A DNA stretch of 64,000 nucleotides from Chrysochromulina tobinii (lineage: Eukaryota): the NCBI GenBank assembly GCA_001275005.1, contig JWZX01003398.1:1-64000 (forward strand), written 5' to 3'. This document shows, piece by piece, positions 57,567 through 64,000 of the stretch. The position numbers were made by a program, and so were the translations under genes. The notes under the pieces were generated by a model that saw nothing but the letters and a program-made list of their open reading frames with translations, had not been told where the DNA came from and made no database searches. The number at the start of each line of letters is the position of its first letter. Position 1 is the stretch's first letter.

Positions 57567-59762
57567 CTACTCGATCGGGGTGAAGTCGACGTAGTCGGCA
57601 TCACCCTCATTCGGATCGGCTCGCGACTTGCGACGGGCGCGTTCCAGTAGCACGCCGGCGCCAAGGAGGACCGCGAGGGCACCGAACGCAACGCGCACGC
57701 TTGGGTAGGAGGCGAAGGCCACGCTACCGCCCGAGCTTCCCTCCACGTGCGCCGCCGCCAATCTCGGCGCGTATGCGAGCAGTTGCATAGCCCATCCTTG
57801 CGTAGCAGGAGGTGCCTCATACCAGCGCGCAGGGCACGCGGATGCCACACCAGCGTCTTTGAAATCGGTGACGTTGCGAGGAAACCAGCCGCGCTCATGG
57901 GCCTCCAAAAACGACCAGTGCTCGCTGAACTCTGTTCGGAAGTTCCAGAAAAAGGACCTGCGGCGAGAGACGCAAGCGAGCATGACGATGAGGCGCAACG
58001 CAGGCACGTAGCAGGGCGTGCGCTACAACCAAAGAGGATGTAGCATCACGCACCCGTGGGCCTTGTTCCATGAGTTGATGAGTCGCTTGGCAAGTCCACC
58101 CACAAAGGCATCCTCGTCATCCCACTTTTTGTAGGCGGGGCATTTGCCGAACTCGGGCCCCGATTGCCCCTGACCGCGCGGCCCTTGGTACGGCAACGAT
58201 GGGTCCGGAGCTTTGTGCTTCGCATCTCCTGTGTAACCGTCAGGGCACGTGACCATCTCACACGCACTCTTCGGATAGCCCGGCTGGTTGTCGTTGAAGC
58301 CGTTGAGCCACATGCAGCAGCTGTCGGTCGCTAGAGACCACTCGCCGGTGATCATGGGCATGTCGAGGAACGTCTCCATGTCGTGCAAGATCCCATCCAG
58401 CCCGCACGCCTTGTTGTGGTAGAAGGAGGCCTCCTGATCATACTCCCACGCCATGTACGTGTGCGTGTCCATCGCTTTGTTGGGGCATCCACGCATAAAG
58501 TCCCACCAAAGAGCGGGATACCCTCGGAATGAGTCTTGCATCACGTACTTCCAGCTCGGCACGCGTGCACGCACCTGTGACAAAGCACCGTGTTCGCGCT
58601 CGAGGATGGCATGAGGTGAGAGCAGCGATGAGAGAGGATGGCATCGGGTGAGAGCAGTGATGAGAGAGTCGATGGTCTCTCAGGCCGCGCACCTTCTGGT
58701 AGCCGTCCCAATAGAACTGCTTGAGCGGCTCGATTGGAGTAAAGTACCAGGGTTCGTTGAGAGGCTCCAGGCCCCAGATGACGGGCTCCTGCTGGTAGCG
58801 GTCAATGATCACGTCGAGGACGGACAGCGAGTGGTTGATGTGTTCATAGTTGTACTCCCCGCCGTCTGCAGAGGGCGAAGGTAAGGGGAGAGATGAGTCG
58901 CAAGAAACGGCCGCCAAAGGAAGCCGCACATGGCGCGCAGCTCACATGTCCACTTCGCCAAGTCCCAAGTGCCGATCCAGTCAGCACTGCGCACGCCCCA
59001 GTGGTTAAAGACAGGCAGCCCTGTGGCGGGGTCGAGGTCCCACTTGAGGTTCCACGTACGCCCCGAGTTGTCGAACCCATTCTGCGAGCCCGGGGCGGTG
59101 TGTACGTCGATCAGCATCTTGAGGTTATATTTCCGGCAGAGCTCGATGAGGCGGTTGAGCTCTTCGAGCGCGCCATCCCAGCAGCCAATGAACGGCTCCC
59201 GCGGAACGAAGATCCCTACGAGGTGAGCAGAAAGAAGCGTTCAGAGTCGGCGCAAAGTGAGGGCGTGGCATGGAGATCGAAGCGTTTGGCACTCACAGTC
59301 CGGGACCGGGACGCGGATGACGTTGGCTCCCGCTGCTGCGATGGCCTTGACGTCCTCATCACGAACCCATGCTGCCCAATGCAAGCGAAGCTGCCTATTT
59401 GCCTCATCGTCACCGAGGACCGTGCAGAAGGAGTAAGCATCCATCGCAGTGTGCGCCGCAGTCTCTTCCACGCTCTTATATTTCTCGTCTGTGCCAAGGA
59501 ACTGATAGAACAGTGACGGCGTCACCCACGGCTCAATCACAAGCCAGCCACCTATCGCCGGACCGGATACCTTCCAATTCTCCTCCGGGTCCGTGATCTT
59601 GACACCTTCGGGACAAGAGTATGGATTGTTGGCGTTGAGCTGGAGACTTGGAATTGAGAATGTCGGCAGTTGAGCCCCATCTTGTGATCGTACAGCAGGC
59701 GGAGACCCACGCGCGAATGCGCTGCCCAGAAGCAGCATGCGAGACGTGGTGGTGATGACCAT
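57567..59762 (-). CDS. Glycoside hydrolase family 5 exo-1,3-beta-glucanase-like, C-terminal TM anchor; introns 59216..59296, 58866..58945, 58575..58692 and 57958..58053 (start codon uncertain)
   Basis: GGWLVIEPWVTPSLF, IRVPVPDW, LIDVHTAPGSQNGFDNSG, LNEP (acid/base), GEWSLAT (nucleophile) and FFWNF; all four introns are GT-AG and join these motifs. Confidence 0.92.
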
Positions 59763-60076
59763 CAGGCGGCGGGCGGCAAGTCGTCGTGCTCCCACGCGTG
59801 TCCGCCGAGAGGCCGCGCGAAATCTCAATGTGCCGAGATCGTGCATCCCCATTGGTGCCGCACACATCCGAGAGGCCAGGCACGGCCGGCGCAATCAAAC
59901 GGTTGTCAACGGCGGCGGCGACGCATTCCCCAACACACATTTGCGTTCACCAGGATTTCCTTTTCGGGAGTCGCACATCTAAAGAAACGACCCAAATAAG
60001 GGCACGGTTTTCAGGAAGCGCTGCTCGCTCTCGCTGCTGGGCCTCGTCGTGCCGAGCCTGTCCTTCTGGATAAGAA

Positions 60077-63000
60077 ATGCCCGACGCAGTGAGCGCTGAG
60101 ACATCAACCAGCTTATACGATCGACGACGAGCGCGCCTCTCGAAGAGTGTCAGCAGCCAAGCTCGGCGTGCGTATGTCTTCGCTTTCGCTTGTATGATCT
60201 CCTCGGCAGCTGGATACACCGCAACTCGAGCTTCAAACGTCGTGGCAGAGACGAACGTCGTGGCAGAGACGAACACGAGTGTTGCTCTTGGCACAACAGG
60301 CAAGCCGCTCAGCACGCCGACCACGGTCGATAAGCTGACCTCGACCCAGCAAATCTTTGACCACGCGACAGACCTCCGCAGAAAGTCCTCGGAGGAAGAG
60401 TACGAGCAAGACGCTGTGGACGTGCCGTGCGTCCTGTGGGCCAAACAGGGCGAGTGCAGACGTATTCCGGTGTATATGCGCTCCAAGTGCCCTGTGGCGT
60501 GCGGCGTGTCCGCTCCCACTCCCAGCTCGAGCCTGACCTCGACCACGCCGGCCTTGACTGAAGAGAAAGATGGGTGCAAGTCGTGGTGCGCGGATCACAC
60601 CGGGCCATTGGAAGTCAAGTGCAGCTTTGCCCCGTGCAGCCAGTGTGGAGAGTGCCTTGTCCAAGCCGAGATGCTTGCTCGGCAAGCAAGCCGGCTAGGG
60701 AACACGTCAGAGGTCCACGCACCGACCACAGTCAATGCGCCGATCACGACCCAGCCGACCGCGCCGGCTATCGCCGAGATCAAAGCACCGATCGCGGTCG
60801 ATGCGCCGAACTTGGTCCTGCCGACCGCGCCGGCCATTACCTATATCAAGGCACCGACCACGGTCAATGCACCGAGCTTGGTCCTGCCGACCTCGGGGAG
60901 GACAGTCCTCAAAACACCGGCCACGTCTAATGCGCCGAGCTCTACCAGACCGATTGCAGGGAACACGTCTGAGCTCCACGCACCGCCGACCACGGCCTAT
61001 GCGCCGACCTGGAGCGTGCCGACCTCGGGGCAGAAGACCTACAAGACACCAACGACGGTCTATGCCCCGAGCTTGACCCAGCCGACCGCGCCGGCCATTA
61101 CCAAGATCAAGACACCGACCACGGTCCATGCGCCGAGCTCGACCACGCCGACCTTCAATTCACCGACCGGCAAGGAGCGGACGACCGTCGTCATCATGTC
61201 CGATCGTTTCGAAGCTGTCGTGGTCGCCATCGGCTCTCTCTTCTTGAACAGCCCAGAGAGCGACATCGACGTCTGGCTCATCGGCGATATGCAGCGAGAA
61301 GCGAGAGGCAACGTGTCTCTGCTCCAGCGGCTCAACGCTGCGCTCCAACCGCAAGCGCCGAGGCAGACGATCAGTGTGATGGGCATCGACGAGGCGACAT
61401 CGCTGCTCGAGGTTGATGGCGTCTCTCCAGTCTGGAAGTGGCCACAGTTCGGCTCGCTGGGCGCTGACCAGGACCAGGACCATCAGCCGCGGACCGTGCT
61501 CCATCCGGAGCCGTGGGACTATGACAACATGCACCACGACCCGTTCAACCTGCTGCGCTTCTACCTGCCGTACCTCGGACCGTTCAGAGAGCTCGATTCC
61601 CTCTTCTTATGTGACGACGACATCGTCGTTCAGAAGTCTATTTCCATGCTCGAGGTACCCATGGGTGATGGCCCCATCATCGCTGCGACGTGCAACGGAT
61701 GGCTGTGGGCCGAGGACTGCATGCGCAACGAGCCGTACTACAATGGAAAGGGCTGGTTGGACTACCCGGCCACGTATCTGGGTAAGGACAAGGCACATGG
61801 ATACAGTGGGTGCACGCGAACAGCAGCGGAGAGCGGGAACCTTATCTGCCAGAAGGACGAGTTTGCGGAGACGGTGCTGCGCTGGAGCAAGGATATCCAG
61901 GGCAAAGGGCTCGTCGCTGCCGACCAGCCGCGCTGGAACTTTGGCTTATCGCGCGTCAACCTGACCGAGTGGCGGGCGCAGAACATGACTCACGTCTTCG
62001 ATAACTACATGCGCGCCAACTACGAAGCCAAGCTGATCCCCGAGACGTCCCTCGCGTTCGGCCTCGGGATCCCATACTTCGCGTTCGCGGACAAGATCAT
62101 GTGCTGGAACGACGTTGTGGGCGACCCGGCCTTCGTGGACGGCCTCGGGTACATCTCGAAGGCCGACTTGAAAGCTAACCACCTGAACGCGTCGAAGTTG
62201 CTTGGAGAGGCGACCGTGCTCCACTGGTCCGGGCGCAACAAGCCGTTCGACCCCAAGTCCGAGATGGACCTCGAGCTCTACAGGCCGTTCGATGCCGTGC
62301 AGGACTATTATGTGCACAAGCCGCCTTCGCAGAGGACTCAGCAGGTTGTGGTGCCGGAGAGTGGCCTCCACGCAATCGTGAGGCAGACACCCGATGCGTC
62401 GCAGCAGAGCACCCGCGCGCTCTTGTATGCAGACCCTTATTCCGGGGCGGAGTGGTTCTTGCAGCTGCTCGATCAGACGCCTGATGTTTGTGCGTCAGGC
62501 TCGGCTGGCAATCCGACGGTTGCCTTCGCAGGAGAGAGCTTCATCCCGCCCCACTTCGAGGCCGTCGAGGACGCCATCCCAGTCTGCGCTCAGAAGCGCG
62601 CCTGCCTCTGGAGCTTCATCGCAGAAAACGTGCCTCGGTATGTGGAACAGCGCCGCAGCCTGTGCCAGAGCACTCACAAAGAGGGTATTGAAAGAAAGGG
62701 TACTTTGGCGGAGTTTGCTCTGCTTGAGGTCCACGACATGCACGGCGACATGCTTTGCTCTTGGGCCGATCGCTTGCTGACCATGTACCCCAATCGCACC
62801 AACTACTCCGACCTGGGCGGGATCCAGGCGCTCTGGAATCTGTACGAGCAGAACGTCTTCTCCATGGCAACGGATCTCGTCCCGTGCACCCAGGCGTGCG
62901 GGTACAAACCCGTCCGCATGCTCAAGTTCATGCGCGCGTGGGCCCAGCCGATGATGAACGGAAGCGAGCCGGCTTATTCGTGGCGCGAGAACGGCGATGC

Positions 63001-64000
63001 GCCCAAGTACTTTGTGGGCGACTTTGCGGGCGAGCACTGCGATGGCGAGGCCCTGCCGGGAGGAGGCTGCGACGGCAGCGAGTCTTACTTGCCAAAGATG
63101 AACTGGGACGCATACAAGATTGTCGAGCTCACCCGCTGGAATACTCTCGATCGTTGCCTCGCACAGACTGAATTCGCCATCGGGATCACCGAAGACCCGG
63201 CTGTTTCCGTTCAGCTCGACGGTGAGTCGAATCTCTCAGAAGGCAACGTCGACTTCGACGACCTGATGCGCTGCATCAGATACTCCGGCGCGCAGCGTGA
63301 TGCGGACCGCCTGCGACTCAATGTCTTTTCCGGCGAACGCCTCGCCGATTGGATGACGCTCCCCTATGAGATCTGTTCCATGCCGAGCCACATTCAGGGA
63401 TGCGTCGATGCCGCAGTAGCCCACGTCAGCGCGCAGTCTTTCAAGTTTCTCGGGAGACCTCACAGCGTTGGAACCGACATGATTGAGAATGTCAACATGG
63501 ACTCCACATCAACTCTTGTGGAGGATTTGAAGCGCCGACGCTGGAGACGAGCACAAGGGAACCAACTGGCACCCCCCCGGCTCCCATCCCAGCTTGCCCC
63601 GAAGCCGCACGGGGAGACGCTTGACGCGGATTGGTTGTCAAACTTCCAGGAGGACAGTTTCGTCACAGCACTCCAGACTAACGTAAAATACGTAAGAGCG
63701 CCGCCGCCGCCGCCGTTCAGAAGAGTCGCGTCTTCGAGGCAATGTTGCTTGGAAGGTCTACCAACTTTTCAGAAATGTCTTCTGAAGGGCATTCCTGCTT
63801 GCTGCAAACCATGGGATAAAGCGTGCCTCAAGATGCAATCTGGTGGCGGTCTCGATCCAGCTACTGGCAAGTATGTCCCTGGCCCGAACTTTGATCCTAA
63901 ATATGACCCGACGAAGGTTGGTCCTGCTCCTGCAGGCTGGAAAGCCCCCCCGGCAGGAAAAACCTATTCTTATGACGAAGACGACGAAAATGGTGGTGGC
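60077..64000 (+). CDS. 5' part of a paralog of the 40692..52022 giant protein, running off the window (ShKT, PT repeats, GT8, first sulfotransferase-like domain)
   Basis: ATG at 60077 is in frame with the last codons. Near-identical blocks [42 protein letters not shown] and RQCCLEGL. Absent from the ORF track, consistent with no stop inside the window. Confidence 0.9.
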   Translation, partial: MPDAVSAETSTSLYDRRRARLSKSVSSQARRAYVFAFACMISSAAGYTATRASNVVAETNVVAETNTSVALGTTGKPLSTPTTVDKLTSTQQIFDHATDLRRKSSEEEYEQDAVDVPCVLWAKQGECRRIPVYMRSKCPVACGVSAPTPSSSLTSTTPALTEEKDGCKSWCADHTGPLEVKCSFAPCSQCGECLVQAEMLARQASRLGNTSEVHAPTTVNAPITTQPTAPAIAEIKAPIAVDAPNLVLPTAPAITYIKAPTTVNAPSLVLPTSGRTVLKTPATSNAPSSTRPIAGNTSELHAPPTTAYAPTWSVPTSGQKTYKTPTTVYAPSLTQPTAPAITKIKTPTTVHAPSSTTPTFNSPTGKERTTVVIMSDRFEAVVVAIGSLFLNSPESDIDVWLIGDMQREARGNVSLLQRLNAALQPQAPRQTISVMGIDEATSLLEVDGVSPVWKWPQFGSLGADQDQDHQPRTVLHPEPWDYDNMHHDPFNLLRFYLPYLGPFRELDSLFLCDDDIVVQKSISMLEVPMGDGPIIAATCNGWLWAEDCMRNEPYYNGKGWLDYPATYLGKDKAHGYSGCTRTAAESGNLICQKDEFAETVLRWSKDIQGKGLVAADQPRWNFGLSRVNLTEWRAQNMTHVFDNYMRANYEAKLIPETSLAFGLGIPYFAFADKIMCWNDVVGDPAFVDGLGYISKADLKANHLNASKLLGEATVLHWSGRNKPFDPKSEMDLELYRPFDAVQDYYVHKPPSQRTQQVVVPESGLHAIVRQTPDASQQSTRALLYADPYSGAEWFLQLLDQTPDVCASGSAGNPTVAFAGESFIPPHFEAVEDAIPVCAQKRACLWSFIAENVPRYVEQRRSLCQSTHKEGIERKGTLAEFALLEVHDMHGDMLCSWADRLLTMYPNRTNYSDLGGIQALWNLYEQNVFSMATDLVPCTQACGYKPVRMLKFMRAWAQPMMNGSEPAYSWRENGDAPKYFVGDFAGEHCDGEALPGGGCDGSESYLPKMNWDAYKIVELTRWNTLDRCLAQTEFAIGITEDPAVSVQLDGESNLSEGNVDFDDLMRCIRYSGAQRDADRLRLNVFSGERLADWMTLPYEICSMPSHIQGCVDAAVAHVSAQSFKFLGRPHSVGTDMIENVNMDSTSTLVEDLKRRRWRRAQGNQLAPPRLPSQLAPKPHGETLDADWLSNFQEDSFVTALQTNVKYVRAPPPPPFRRVASSRQCCLEGLPTFQKCLLKGIPACCKPWDKACLKMQSGGGLDPATGKYVPGPNFDPKYDPTKVGPAPAGWKAPPAGKTYSYDEDDENGGG

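Noticed and set aside
1..64000. Reverse transcriptase, transposase, tRNA or rRNA genes
   Set aside because: No RT or DDE-type domain or structured RNA gene recognised; any enzyme behind the intron module must lie elsewhere.

Overview
GC-rich, gene-dense eukaryotic (algal) genomic DNA. Short spliceosomal introns, bipartite plastid-targeting N-termini and ShKT proteins suggest a haptophyte (inference). The window has a ~190-bp satellite at the left edge, about 20 protein-coding genes and one TA-flanked MITE. Genes include a U2AF65-like factor, a GST-HIT fusion, a ~3,080-aa 8-repeat protein, a SET-like protein, a sulfatase, an SGNH protein, plastid HflX, CLPTM1, a methyltransferase-like protein, a GH5 glucanase and 2OG oxygenases. 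Two signals stand out. (1) Unrelated genes contain introns built the same way: a 13-41 nt copy of the downstream sequence (supplying the donor), a variable number of ~10-nt TGATGACC-type repeats, then a shared 3' cassette (CTGATTGCCTCCCTCATCAG). Tandem, back-to-back and antisense versions occur, pointing to an intron-generating process without terminal inverted repeats. (2) A 3,776-aa single-ORF protein fuses ShKT, GT8 glycosyltransferase, three sulfotransferase-like and a glycoside-hydrolase-like domain, with a paralog 8 kb downstream: a candidate assembly line for sulfated polysaccharide. All family calls are from motif recognition by eye; no searches were run, and intron models lack transcript support.
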